DNA of 64,000 nucleotides. It comes from Methanoregula sp. Lineage in GTDB: Archaea; Halobacteriota; Methanomicrobia; Methanomicrobiales; Methanospirillaceae. The stretch covers positions 53,884-117,883 of the forward strand of contig JBDKTL010000007.1 of the NCBI GenBank assembly GCA_039698055.1, in the 5' to 3' direction. Positions 1 to 10,026 of the stretch are shown piece after piece; position 1 is the first letter of the stretch; the number at the start of each line of letters is the position of its first letter. The translations under genes and the position numbers were made by a program. A model generated the notes under the pieces. That model was given only the letters and a program-made list of their open reading frames with translations, had not been told where the DNA came from and did not search any database.

Positions 1-2
1 TC

Positions 3-107
3 GCAAAAGATGTAAACGGGGATATCATCGGCCTTGGAGACCAGCGGTATGTTGTCCTTACACCAATGTCGGTGAAGATCTCGCGCGACAAGATCGGTGG
101 GGCATAA
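3..107 (+). CDS. sepF: Cell division protein SepF, C-terminal part (runs off window start)
   Basis: Frame 3 reads AKDVNGDIIGLGDQRYVVLTPMSVKISRDKIGGA*, matching the archaeal SepF C-terminus (GDI..lg...v.lTP..vki); directly precedes the ZPR1 gene. Confidence 0.75.
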   Translation, partial: AKDVNGDIIGLGDQRYVVLTPMSVKISRDKIGGA

Positions 108-629
108 GTGCGACAGATCGTACCAGGTCCGTGTCCATCCTGCAATACTGAAATAGAATATCTGTATCAGACGGAAAATATTCCTTTTTTTTCAGACATT
201 CTTATAATTTCTGCCATCTGCCCGTGCTGCGGTTATCGGTATGCGGATACCCAGCTCCTGAAACAGGCCGATCCTGCACGATACACCCTGGCAATCGAGA
301 CGGTGGATGACCTCTCGGTCCGCGTGGTGCGGAGTATGAGCGCGGCCATTGAGATCCCGGAACTGGGGACCCGGATCGACCCGGGGCCCTCATGTCAGGG
401 ATTCGTATCCAATGTGGAGGGAGTACTCGACCGTATAGAAACGGTCGTGAAGGGCGCCCTGCAGTGGGGTAACGATGTCGAGAAGGAGAATGCGGCGGCA
501 CTTCTTGTGGATATCGCTAAGGTAAAGGCCGGGGCGTTTCCCATCACGTTGATTCTGGAGGACCCGAACGGAAACAGCGGGATCATCGCAGATACCGCGG
601 TGAAATCCGCATACGTACCGGAAGAGTGA
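108..629 (+). CDS. ZPR1-type zinc finger protein
   Basis: CPSC...IPFF...CPCCGYR zinc finger, IPELG..IDPG, NVEG and C-terminal LEDPNGNS motifs; GTG start. Confidence 0.9.
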   Translation: MRQIVPGPCPSCNTEIEYLYQTENIPFFSDILIISAICPCCGYRYADTQLLKQADPARYTLAIETVDDLSVRVVRSMSAAIEIPELGTRIDPGPSCQGFVSNVEGVLDRIETVVKGALQWGNDVEKENAAALLVDIAKVKAGAFPITLILEDPNGNSGIIADTAVKSAYVPEE

Positions 630-744
630 GTCCGGTTCAATTTCCAGCCCTTATTTTCTCTCAACAATTTTCATTTCCTGATGCCGCAGGATCACAAGAA
701 AAAGAAGAAAGAGTTTATTACGCCCTGCTTTCAGTGATCACACG

Positions 745-822
745 ATGAAGATCCTTGGCATTGCATCCAGCCCGCGAAAAGGCGGAAACAGCCAGATGCT
801 TGTTGAACACATTCTTTCCGGT
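745..822 (+). pseudogene. Truncated N-terminus of flavodoxin family / iron-sulfur flavoprotein
   Basis: MKILGIASSPRKGGNSQMLVEHILSG is the FMN-binding start shared with intact paralogs at 14955, 15578 and 47120; similarity stops after ~26 codons, just before a repeat cluster. Confidence 0.7.
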
Positions 823-843
823 AATACGGTATCGCCCACAGAG

Positions 844-1067
844 TGTACCCATGCGACCCCTTCAAACCCACAATCCCCTTCACACTGCATTTTTCGTCGA
901 AATTTTTCAGAAAATAAGGGCTTTCCGGAAAACCTGATGGGGGGGTCGCATGGGTACAAACTGTTTTCACGCGAGTCAGAGACCCGGTGAATTGGCAGAA
1001 AAATACGACGGAAATTCCCTGCCGGCGCCTGCCCGGCAGGATACCGGTCTGTACCCATGCGACCCCC
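844..1067. repeat. Three copies (+,-,+) of 17-bp motif TGTACCCATGCGACCCC
   Basis: Exact copies at 844-860 (+), 942-958 (-) and 1050-1066 (+). Confidence 0.9.
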
Positions 1068-1191
1068 AACTTCACGTCAGATCCCGTACGTTCATAATAG
1101 CGAACAGTTCCGGCACTCGCATGCAGGGGCAATTTGTAAAATTTTTTTCCGGAATGAAAAGAAAAAAGAGAACTTAAAAAAAATTGTCTGG

Positions 1192-2184
1192 TTATGTTAT
1201 CTCCATCTCGCCGAGCCATGCCCCCGGCTCCTTCACAACTTCCCCAACAACCTGCGCTCCGGGGACCATCTTCAGCACGCAGGTCACGCTTGATTTCGGT
1301 ACGACATACGCATAGCCCATACCCATGTTGAAGGTGCGATACATCTCTTCAGCGGTGATGTCGCCGGCCTTCTGGATCCAGCCGAAGATGTCGGGCGGGG
1401 CGATGGGGGTGTCGAACCGGAACCCGTACTTGCTCAGGCGGTTAAAGTTCAGGAGACCCCCACCGGTGACATGGCACATGCCATGCACCGTGCAGGATGC
1501 GGCAACCTTCAGGCTCTCGTGGTAGATCCGGGTAGGCGTGATGAGTTCCTGCCCGAACGTCTTTTTGCCCTTGAACTTCTTGTCGTAACCCGCGTACTTC
1601 TCGACAACTCGGCGGGCGAGCGAGAGGCCGTTGCTGTGGACACCGGTCGAGGGGACGCCCATGATCTTCTCGCCCGGCTTGATCTTGTCACCGGCAATGA
1701 TCTTGTCCTTCTTCTGAATCCCGAGGCAGGTGCCAGCGAGATCGAGGCCGTTCACCAGCCCGCGAAGCGAGGCGGTTTCACCACCAACAATATCGATATT
1801 TGCCTGCCGGGCGCCTTCGTTGAGCCCGATACCGATCTGGGCCATCTTGTCAATCGAGAGCTTGTCGGTGGCAATGTAATCGACAAACGCAATTGGCTCC
1901 ACATTCATAACGTAGAGATCGTTGACATTCATCGCGATGCAGTCAATCCCAACCGTGCTCCAGTCCTCCTGCTGGTCGGCAACAAGCATTTTTGTGCCGA
2001 CGCCATCGGTCGTGAGGGCAAGCACCTGTTCCCCGAAATCAATAAGACCGGCAAAATGCCCGACATTCCCGAGCATCGTATGCTTCCCTCTCCGCCGGTA
2101 ACCCAAGTTTTTTATCAGCGATTTTATTGCGGTTGCTTCAAGGTCAATATCAACCCCTGCATCCCGGTAGGCATTTTCAGTCAT
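1192..2184 (-). CDS. purM: Phosphoribosylformylglycinamidine cyclo-ligase (AIR synthetase)
   Basis: YRDAGVD, TDGVGTK, DCIAMNVND, GGETA, HSNG, HVTGGG and TFNMGMG motifs; start reassigned to MTENAY. Confidence 0.97.
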   Translation of the reverse strand: MTENAYRDAGVDIDLEATAIKSLIKNLGYRRRGKHTMLGNVGHFAGLIDFGEQVLALTTDGVGTKMLVADQQEDWSTVGIDCIAMNVNDLYVMNVEPIAFVDYIATDKLSIDKMAQIGIGLNEGARQANIDIVGGETASLRGLVNGLDLAGTCLGIQKKDKIIAGDKIKPGEKIMGVPSTGVHSNGLSLARRVVEKYAGYDKKFKGKKTFGQELITPTRIYHESLKVAASCTVHGMCHVTGGGLLNFNRLSKYGFRFDTPIAPPDIFGWIQKAGDITAEEMYRTFNMGMGYAYVVPKSSVTCVLKMVPGAQVVGEVVKEPGAWLGEMEIT

Positions 2185-3577
2185 TACATTCCTCTGAGAG
2201 ACGGAACTCATCGTGGAGCACCCGCACTGCACGGGGACCATCCTCTTGTTTTACGACAAACGAGATGTTGGCCTCACTTGACCCCTGCGATATCATCATC
2301 ACGTTTACCCCTTCACGGCCAAGAGCGGTAAAGATCCGTCCTCCCGTCCCGGCTGCACCGGCCATACCGGCACCCACAACTGCCACCGCACAGACATCAT
2401 GGTTATGCGTCACCTCGCGCACAATACCCTGTTCGACAAGGAATGCCAGTGCGTTCACTGCGGCGGAGAGGTGGGACTCATCAACGATAAGCGAGATGTT
2501 GGCCTCACTTGACCCCTGCGATATCATCATCACGTTCACTTCGTTGTCGGCAAGTGCTGAAAAGATGGCTTTTGCTACACCGGGCCTGCCGATCATCTGG
2601 GCGCCATTGATATTGATGGAGCCAACTTTCTCAATATACGTAAGGGCCTTGACCACCCGGCTGTCGCGATGGCCGTTCCTGACAATTTTTGTTCCGGGGT
2701 GCGAGGGATTGAATGTATTTTTTACCCGGACAAGGATGTTTTTTCTCATCGCCGGATCGATCGAGCGGGGGTGCATGACTTTTGCGCCAAAGTAGGAGAG
2801 TTCCATTACCTCGATGTACGAGAGACTTTTCATTACCCGCGCATCACTGATCACCCGGGGATCGGAGGTCATAATGCCATCCACATCTGTCCAGATCCAG
2901 ATCTCATCTGCGTCGATGCCGGCACCAATAATCGATGCGGAATAGTCCGACCCGCTTCGTCCAAGAGTGGTGACAATGCCCTCGCATGTGCAGCCCATGA
3001 AGCCCATGATAACCGGTACTTCTTTATTCAGGAGTTCCCCGACCCGTTTTTTAATGAGCGCATCACTTTCCGGGAGAGCAGTGGATTCTCCATGCTGGGG
3101 GGTGGTAAGGATACCGGCTTCGCACCCGTCCATTACGGTAGAGGGGATGCCCTGCTGGCGGAGAGCAGCACTAACGATTGGTGCAAGGATACGCTCACCG
3201 TAAGAGATAATGTAATCTCTGGAGCGGGGGGTGAGCTCCCGCAAATTGTACACGGCGTAAAGGATACTCTGGAGGCTGATGAGTCGTTCGTCGATGACAG
3301 ATCCAACTTCTGCAACATAATCGGGTGCCGCACCTTCAAGTGTGGTCATATGCCGTTTTCCCAGGGACTGGATCAGGGGTGCAATCGCCGAACTGTCCTT
3401 TGCGGTTGGAAGGGTGCCGGCAATTTCAATGAGCTGATCCGTCACACCCCGCTGTGCAGAAACGACAACTGCCATTTCGTCGCCAGCCTCACGGTGTTTT
3501 TTAAGAATATCAACGACCCTTTTGATACACTGCGCATCAGCAACTGATGTTCCGCCGAATTTCATCAACAATCTCAT
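2177..3577 (-). CDS. lysC: Aspartate kinase with two ACT domains
   Basis: MKFGGTSV, TLGRSGSDYSA, WTDVDG and GAKVMHP motifs; two ACT repeats (NVMMISQGSSEANIS). Confidence 0.96.
   Translation of the reverse strand: MRLLMKFGGTSVADAQCIKRVVDILKKHREAGDEMAVVVSAQRGVTDQLIEIAGTLPTAKDSSAIAPLIQSLGKRHMTTLEGAAPDYVAEVGSVIDERLISLQSILYAVYNLRELTPRSRDYIISYGERILAPIVSAALRQQGIPSTVMDGCEAGILTTPQHGESTALPESDALIKKRVGELLNKEVPVIMGFMGCTCEGIVTTLGRSGSDYSASIIGAGIDADEIWIWTDVDGIMTSDPRVISDARVMKSLSYIEVMELSYFGAKVMHPRSIDPAMRKNILVRVKNTFNPSHPGTKIVRNGHRDSRVVKALTYIEKVGSININGAQMIGRPGVAKAIFSALADNEVNVMMISQGSSEANISLIVDESHLSAAVNALAFLVEQGIVREVTHNHDVCAVAVVGAGMAGAAGTGGRIFTALGREGVNVMMISQGSSEANISFVVKQEDGPRAVRVLHDEFRLSEECND
2261..2536. repeat. 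Identical 45-bp direct repeat inside lysC ACT domains
   Basis: CGAGATGTTGGCCTCACTTGACCCCTGCGATATCATCATCACGTT at 2261-2305 and 2492-2536. Confidence 0.9.
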
Positions 3578-3640
3578 TTGTGTTCCCACACTTGCACGTA
3601 CCATTTATTTATGTAACTATACGACGCACAGAATAATAAG

Positions 3641-5269
3641 ATGCATGCAGAAGACGTGGTTGACTGCCACGTGCTGGTTATCGGGAGCGGTGGGGCAGGA
3701 GTGCGTGCGGCTATCGAGGCTTCAGGCTATGGGAACACCGTGCTCATCTCAAAAACGATCGTGGGAAAAGGTGGCTGTACCACGATGGCTGAGGGGGGGT
3801 TAAATGCAGTCCTGCGCAAAGAGGATTCATGTGAGATTCATTTTGAGGATACGCTCAAAGGCGGAGCATACCTCAACGAACCTGAACTGGTAAAAATTCT
3901 GGTGCATGAATCTCCCCAACGGATGAACGATCTTATCCAGTGGGGTGCCGTTTTTGATTTTACTGACAACGACGAAGTTGCCCAGCGTCCCTTTGGCGGC
4001 CAGAGATTTCCCAGAACCTGCTATGCGGGAGACCGCACCGGTCATGAGATGATGACCACGCTTGTCGAGCGTCTTGATGCCTGTGGCATAACGACTCTTC
4101 AGGAAATGACCGTCATCGATCTCCTGAAAGAGGGCAACCGGGTGATCGGAGCGATGGCTCTTGATGAGAAAGGCGCAATGATCCTTTTAAAAGCGGACAG
4201 CACCATCCTCGCAACCGGTGGAGGAACAAAAGTCTATGATATCTCCACAAACTCTTCCAGCGGTACCGGGGACGGGTACGCGATTGGGTACCGTGCCGGC
4301 GCTGAACTTATCGATATGGAACTGGTGCAGTTCCACCCGACCGGCGCAGTATTCCCCTATGATGCACGGGGCAGGCTGGTAACAGAAGCCGTGCGGGGAG
4401 AGGGGGGGATCCTGAAAAATTCTCTTGGAGAGCGGTTCATGAAACGATATGACCCCGACCGGATGGAGCTCTCCACCCGTGATGTTGTTGCCCGTGCGAT
4501 TGCCACGGAGATCCTCAAGGGAAGAGGAACAGAACATGATGGGGTGTACCTTGATGTCACGCACCTCCCGCGTGAACAGATCGAGTCCCGGCTTCCGGTC
4601 ATGCTCGAACAGTTCCTCAAATTCGGTGTAGACATCCGGGAAAAAGCGATGGAAGTGGCGCCGACCGCACACCACATTATGGGAGGTCTGCGGATCACAC
4701 CGGAATGCAGGACGACCATTCCGGGATTATTTGCATGCGGTGAGGTCTCCGGTGGGGTGCATGGCGCCAACCGGCTTGGGGGAAACGCCCTCGCTGAAAC
4801 ACAGGTGTTTGGCAAACGCGCTGGTGAATATGCAGGAAAATCTGAGAGAACGCAGACAAAAATCGATCCTGTGCAGGTTGAAACGGCGCAACGGAATCTC
4901 GGTGCATTCCTCAAGGGAACAGAAAACCCGGCACGGGTTAGAAAAGAACTTGAACTGGCAATGTGGCACGGTGCCGGGATATTCCGGAACGAGACCGATA
5001 TCAAAAAGACTCTTGATACCGTCAATCGTCTCTCCCTGATGTCACTCCAGGCAAAATCCCCACAAAATCTTGCGGATTGCGCCATACTCAGGAATATGTG
5101 CCTGACTGCATCGCTGATCTGCCGGTGTGCGCTGCTGCGCCCTGAATCCCGTGGTGCCCACGTCCGGGTTGACATCAGCCAGGAATGGGACGCCCTGCAT
5201 TCCCCCTACAGTCATACTTACATCTCGCAACACCGTGAAGGCATCCAGAAGATGGAGGGCAGATTATGA
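3641..5269 (+). CDS. tfrA: Thiol:fumarate reductase (CoM/CoB) flavoprotein subunit A
   Basis: GSGGAG FAD motif, QFHPT, TEAVRGEG, HHIMGG, HGANRLGGN and ESRGAH; followed by a CCG-domain Fe-S subunit. Confidence 0.92.
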   Translation: MHAEDVVDCHVLVIGSGGAGVRAAIEASGYGNTVLISKTIVGKGGCTTMAEGGLNAVLRKEDSCEIHFEDTLKGGAYLNEPELVKILVHESPQRMNDLIQWGAVFDFTDNDEVAQRPFGGQRFPRTCYAGDRTGHEMMTTLVERLDACGITTLQEMTVIDLLKEGNRVIGAMALDEKGAMILLKADSTILATGGGTKVYDISTNSSSGTGDGYAIGYRAGAELIDMELVQFHPTGAVFPYDARGRLVTEAVRGEGGILKNSLGERFMKRYDPDRMELSTRDVVARAIATEILKGRGTEHDGVYLDVTHLPREQIESRLPVMLEQFLKFGVDIREKAMEVAPTAHHIMGGLRITPECRTTIPGLFACGEVSGGVHGANRLGGNALAETQVFGKRAGEYAGKSERTQTKIDPVQVETAQRNLGAFLKGTENPARVRKELELAMWHGAGIFRNETDIKKTLDTVNRLSLMSLQAKSPQNLADCAILRNMCLTASLICRCALLRPESRGAHVRVDISQEWDALHSPYSHTYISQHREGIQKMEGRL

Positions 5270-6735
5270 ATGAAATAACGGTAAAGGTGCGGAGATTCGA
5301 TCCTGAACATGATACCACCTCACGTTTGGAAACCTATACCGTGCAGGTGCATGACGGCGCCCGTGTGCTCCATGTACTTCATGCCATTCACAACGAATGC
5401 GATCCAACGCTTTCCTACCGGTATTGTTGTGGGTCCGGGCAGTGCGGGAGCTGTGCCGTCCGGGTGAACGGTGAACCGGTGCTCGCATGTATGGAAGAGG
5501 CGAAAAATAACATTATCATCGAACCGCTGAACCTCCCGGTCAAAAAAGACCTCGTCGTTGACCTTCTGCCAAAACTCGCGACCATCGCCGCTTTACAACC
5601 GTGTCAGGAATGCATCATCCCCAAAAAAGCAGAGATCGATTTGATAAAGCCGTTGAGAGACTGCATCGAATGTCTTGCCTGCGTATCCGTTTGTCCCGCG
5701 ATGGATGTGACATCGTTTATCGGTCCTACGGCCATGCGCCAGGAAATGCGCCTTGCTCTTGACCCCCGGGATTGCGCTGACCGTGTACCGGACGCAATAA
5801 GAGATGGGCTTTTTACCTGTACATCATGCCAAGCATGCGCAAAAGTCTGCCCGAAGCATATCGAGATCCCCGGTAAGGCAATAGAGAAACTCCGGGCACT
5901 TGCTAACAAGCGCGGGTTCACGCTCCCCCGGCACCAGGAAGTCGCAGCGCTGGTAAAAGCTACCGGCAGAAGTGTCACCCGTATTGAACCCACGTTCCTT
6001 GAACAAGTCGGGGATGTGCTGGAGCCCTATGGACCGGTCAAAGCCACGGTAGGATTCTTTGTTGGGTGCATGTACAATATGCGCCTGCCTCAAACTGCCT
6101 TGGACGCGATGGAAGTACTGAGACGCAATGGTATCCGGGTTATTATCCCGCACGATCAGGTCTGTTGCGGTTCTCCCCTTATCCGGACCGGGCAGATCGC
6201 ATTTCTGGACACGCTGAAATCCAAGAACATTGAGGTATTCTGTTCCCGTGGAATAGATACGGTCATGACCATGTGCGCAGGATGTGGCTCCACGCTGAAA
6301 AATGATTACACAACCCCCTTTGCAATCATGGACATCAATGAGGTGCTCACAAAATACGGGATCGAACCTCCGGCCCGACTACCGTTAAAAGCCACCTATC
6401 ATGATCCCTGCCACCTGTTACGGGGTCAGGGCATTCGTGAACCCCCCCGGGAGCTGATCCGCCAGGTTGTCGATCTTGTTGAGATGCCGTCCATATGCTG
6501 CGGGTCCGGTGGGGGAGTGAAAGCTGGAGTGCCGGATGAAGCAGCAGCGCTTGGAAAACGTCGGGGTGAAGAGATCCGGAAAACCGGTGCCGAACTGGTA
6601 ATTTCATCCTGCCCGTTCTGCGAATTCCATATTGCCGGGCATACGGATAAACCCGTTAAAAATATCACGACAGTTCTTCTTGAAGGGTACCAGGAAAAGG
6701 ACAGAAAAAAGAATGCCCCGCCTCAAACCTGGTAG
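5266..6735 (+). CDS. tfrB: Thiol:fumarate reductase subunit B (2Fe-2S + 4Fe-4S + HdrD-like CCG domains)
   Basis: CGSGQCGSC, CIECLACVSVCP, CTSCQACAKVCP, two CCG motifs and YHDPCH; ATGA overlap with tfrA. Confidence 0.92.
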   Translation: MNEITVKVRRFDPEHDTTSRLETYTVQVHDGARVLHVLHAIHNECDPTLSYRYCCGSGQCGSCAVRVNGEPVLACMEEAKNNIIIEPLNLPVKKDLVVDLLPKLATIAALQPCQECIIPKKAEIDLIKPLRDCIECLACVSVCPAMDVTSFIGPTAMRQEMRLALDPRDCADRVPDAIRDGLFTCTSCQACAKVCPKHIEIPGKAIEKLRALANKRGFTLPRHQEVAALVKATGRSVTRIEPTFLEQVGDVLEPYGPVKATVGFFVGCMYNMRLPQTALDAMEVLRRNGIRVIIPHDQVCCGSPLIRTGQIAFLDTLKSKNIEVFCSRGIDTVMTMCAGCGSTLKNDYTTPFAIMDINEVLTKYGIEPPARLPLKATYHDPCHLLRGQGIREPPRELIRQVVDLVEMPSICCGSGGGVKAGVPDEAAALGKRRGEEIRKTGAELVISSCPFCEFHIAGHTDKPVKNITTVLLEGYQEKDRKKNAPPQTW

Positions 6736-6780
6736 TGGCGACACGCATCACATTTTTCCTGGCATATGAAATGAAACGCT

Positions 6781-7932
6781 CTATTGCTGCGTGAGGTACT
6801 CATATGCTTCCAGCGCGGCTTTTGCCCCGTCACCGGACGCGATGATGATCTGTTTGCTTTTTACTGACGTGACATCTCCGGCCGCGAAAATACCCTCCGT
6901 GCTCGTATGGCAGTTGAGATCTATAATAATCTCTTTTTTATCGTTCAACTCAACAAGACCATCCAGCATTGTCGTATTTGGGAGCCATCCAATCTCGATG
7001 AACACACCCTCAACATCAAGATTCTGCTCCGCACCGTCATCACTTTTTAAGGTAATGCCGGAAAGGAATTTGTCACCGTGAAGTGCCGTGATGTGCGAAT
7101 GCAGGTGGACGGTAATATTTTTCTTTGCCTCAAGGTTTTTCAGGTACACGGGATCTGCTCGTATCGTGGAACGGACAATAAGGCTTACGGATTCTGCAAT
7201 AGCGCTCATTTCCACCGCCGTCTGGAGCGCCGAATTTCCTCCCCCGACAATAGCAATTCTCTTGCCTTTGTACAGCGGGCCGTCACAGGTAGAACAGATC
7301 GAGAGGCCGCGACCAAGGAACTCCTCTTCCTTTGGCACGCCGAGCCTACGCGGCTGTTTACCCTGCGTCAGGATCAGGCTTTTTGAGGTAAGAGTGAGAT
7401 CGGAAGCCGTCTTTACAACAAAGAGGCCGGCTTCTTTTGCAATACCGGTAACCTGATCCAGTTCAAGCCGGATATCGAGTGTCTGAACCTGTTCCTCAAA
7501 TTTTTTCATCAGATCTTCACCCGTAACCATCCGGTATCCCATATAATTTTCAATTGCCCATGATTCAGTTGCCTGGCCACCGATGTTTTCACTGACAATG
7601 ATCGTTTTAAGCAGTTTCCGTGCGCAGTAGACCCCCGCCGTAAGCCCGGCTGGCCCGGCACCGACAATGATGACATCATACTGTTCATCGGATGAAGTGG
7701 TCCCAAACAGTTCATTGAGCCGGTGGGAATCAAACCCGACAATGACTTCATCGTCAACCACGATAACCGGGACGCCCCGTTGGCCGGAAAGTGCAATCAT
7801 TTTTTGTGCCGCACCAGAATCTTCACCGACATCGATGCTCTCGTACACAACACCCTGCTTATCCAAAAACGCCTTGGCCATACGGCAGTAGGGACAATTT
7901 TTTGTTGAATATACGGTGACTTTACTCATCAT
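6781..7932 (-). CDS. Glutaredoxin-thioredoxin reductase fusion
   Basis: N-terminal CPYC/GVP glutaredoxin domain; then GAGPAG, CSTCDG, GGGNSA and FAAGD of the TrxR family. Confidence 0.9.
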   Translation of the reverse strand: MMSKVTVYSTKNCPYCRMAKAFLDKQGVVYESIDVGEDSGAAQKMIALSGQRGVPVIVVDDEVIVGFDSHRLNELFGTTSSDEQYDVIIVGAGPAGLTAGVYCARKLLKTIIVSENIGGQATESWAIENYMGYRMVTGEDLMKKFEEQVQTLDIRLELDQVTGIAKEAGLFVVKTASDLTLTSKSLILTQGKQPRRLGVPKEEEFLGRGLSICSTCDGPLYKGKRIAIVGGGNSALQTAVEMSAIAESVSLIVRSTIRADPVYLKNLEAKKNITVHLHSHITALHGDKFLSGITLKSDDGAEQNLDVEGVFIEIGWLPNTTMLDGLVELNDKKEIIIDLNCHTSTEGIFAAGDVTSVKSKQIIIASGDGAKAALEAYEYLTQQ

Positions 7933-8064
7933 TTCGAAAAGGATTTAGCGTACTATAAAGGTATGTGATTATCATCACACATGGAACATATTCATCGCAA
8001 CTTTCTTTTTAGCCAAGACCACATACACCATTAGCAAAGAAGGAAAAAGGACAGGATCCCCATC

Positions 8065-9384
8065 ATGGATACACACGCTGGATGGTACATAACCTTAAGA
8101 GGTTGTTTTGCATTGCTGATCCTTGTCACGGGCGTTTTTGCAGGCCCTGTTACCACAGCCGGTTCGGCTGATCCCGTCATGTATCTCAATTTCAATGAAG
8201 GGAGTGGCATTTACGCACTTGATGCATCTGGCCATGGGAGCACCGGCACCATATATGGCGCCACCCGCATCGATAACGGGGGCTGCGGCAGAGCACTTTC
8301 ATTGAACGGTATTGACAATTACGTGGAGATCCCTTATAGTTCGAATAATCACCCGGAAAAGGAGATCACGGTTTCCTGCTGGTTTTATGTAAATTCTTAC
8401 GATCCGCAAGTGCTCGTATCCAGCTATCATGACGGAGGTTACCGGCTCGCATTTGCTGACGGCCAGGACCTGTGGTGGACAATCAATCTTGACGAAACCG
8501 GAGATGTATCCCTCCCAATCCGGCACGACAGCATTTCACTGAAGAAATGGCATTACCTGACCGGATCCTACGATGGGACAACATCCAAGATCTATCTCGA
8601 TGGGATTTTACTTGCCCAGCAGAATACGACCGGCACAATACGATATAGTACACAAAATTACGTGATGCTCGGTGCAGATGCAGGAGATGCGACAAAACCC
8701 TCTCCCGTGTGCCCGGAATATCTTTCAGGAGGACTTGATGAAGTCAGGATTTACAACCGCGCGCTGACGTATGGTGAAGTGCTTGACGATAAGTTACGCT
8801 GCCCAACCGAGCCGGGCGTCCCGGAGAAGGCCACACGAGCAGTCGCAACGCCCGAAGTATGTATGCCATTATCCGGGACAGTGACGCTTGACAGCGGCCA
8901 TCAGGAAACATGGGATGTTCGTTTTATGAACATAACGGATGAGTCCGTCTGGCAGGTGCATGTTCCGCAAGGCTCTACGCTCACGGTCAGTGCAGCTGAT
9001 GCCTACTCGCAGGATTTGCCGGATGCCTGGTATGTGGAGATCGCTGAGGGAAACCAGAAGATTGCAAGAACAGTTGCATTCCCAAATGTCTTCAACTCGC
9101 CGTCACGAGGTGTTGTCCAAAATGGAAATGCAACTGTGCGCGTGCATTATTTTGACGGCCCGGGCAGGTTCCCGGCACAGGTAAATGTCCTGTTTGAGTC
9201 CAGCGTAACCCCGACCGCACCTCTCATCCCTAAGGCGATCCTTGAAAATCCCATTATTGTCATTTATTCGGCGTCATGGGCAACCCTGATCGCTATCGTC
9301 ATCGTGATCTTCTGGCTTCACAGGCGAAGAAAGAACAGGATGAGTGAGTCCAAAGACCAGAAAGAAGAAAAGATTATAGAGTGA
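8065..9384 (+). CDS. Secreted LamG/concanavalin A-like domain protein with C-terminal TM anchor
   Basis: Signal peptide; WHYLTGSYDG..KIYLDG and GGLDEVRIYNRAL LamG signatures; hydrophobic C-terminus followed by RRRK. Confidence 0.85.
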   Translation: MDTHAGWYITLRGCFALLILVTGVFAGPVTTAGSADPVMYLNFNEGSGIYALDASGHGSTGTIYGATRIDNGGCGRALSLNGIDNYVEIPYSSNNHPEKEITVSCWFYVNSYDPQVLVSSYHDGGYRLAFADGQDLWWTINLDETGDVSLPIRHDSISLKKWHYLTGSYDGTTSKIYLDGILLAQQNTTGTIRYSTQNYVMLGADAGDATKPSPVCPEYLSGGLDEVRIYNRALTYGEVLDDKLRCPTEPGVPEKATRAVATPEVCMPLSGTVTLDSGHQETWDVRFMNITDESVWQVHVPQGSTLTVSAADAYSQDLPDAWYVEIAEGNQKIARTVAFPNVFNSPSRGVVQNGNATVRVHYFDGPGRFPAQVNVLFESSVTPTAPLIPKAILENPIIVIYSASWATLIAIVIVIFWLHRRRKNRMSESKDQKEEKIIE

Positions 9385-9877
9385 TTTCCCGGAACTGTTT
9401 CCCGAAAACACCACATATCGGACATTTTTCCGGCACAATACCGATCTCAATGTTACCGCATACCGGGCAAAGGAATATTTTTTCCCGTCCCAGATCGTGT
9501 CCTGCTTTTAAAGCGGCAAGTGCCTTTTTGTAGTGGTTTGCATGGACCTGCTCGGCTTTCATCGCAAATGTAAACACAAGAACTGCATCGCTCTTGCTTT
9601 CTTTTTCTGCCTGCTTGACAAAATCCGGGTACATCGAAGTGTATTCGTGTGTTTCACCCTCGATGCTGGTCTCGAGATTGTTCTCCGTCGGGCCAATCGC
9701 GGCAAGTATCTTCAGGAGTTTTTTTGCATGGATCGCTTCTGCTTCCGAAGCTGCTTTGTAAAGCGTCGCAATATTTTTGAACCCCTCTTCGGCTGCTTTA
9801 TCGGAAAACGCCTGATATTTCCTGTTTGCCTGGGATTCCCCGGCAAATGCTTCTATCGCATTCTCTTTGGTTGCCAT
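9374..9877 (-). CDS. rbr: Rubrerythrin
   Basis: AFAGESQANRKY, EAIHA, ETHE..MYP and EQVH diiron motifs; C-terminal CPVCG...CPICG rubredoxin domain; start MATKEN. Confidence 0.93.
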   Translation of the reverse strand: MATKENAIEAFAGESQANRKYQAFSDKAAEEGFKNIATLYKAASEAEAIHAKKLLKILAAIGPTENNLETSIEGETHEYTSMYPDFVKQAEKESKSDAVLVFTFAMKAEQVHANHYKKALAALKAGHDLGREKIFLCPVCGNIEIGIVPEKCPICGVFGKQFREITL

Positions 9878-10026
9878 GAGAGATGATTTGGAAAGGGGGT
9901 TACTTAAAGATTCTTCATGCGGCAGGAAGATCTGCCAACATAAAAAGCAAGAGTTTATCGATGCCTCAATACCCACGCATACGTACGCATTCCGTTTTTT
10001 GTACGGTAATGATACCAGAGTCTGCC

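Noticed and set aside
6733-6783. Pyrrolysine/selenocysteine readthrough at TAG/TGA stops (e.g. tfrB, Grx-TrxR)
   Set aside because: The proteins are complete at these stops, and no pyl/sel genes or continued homology are seen.
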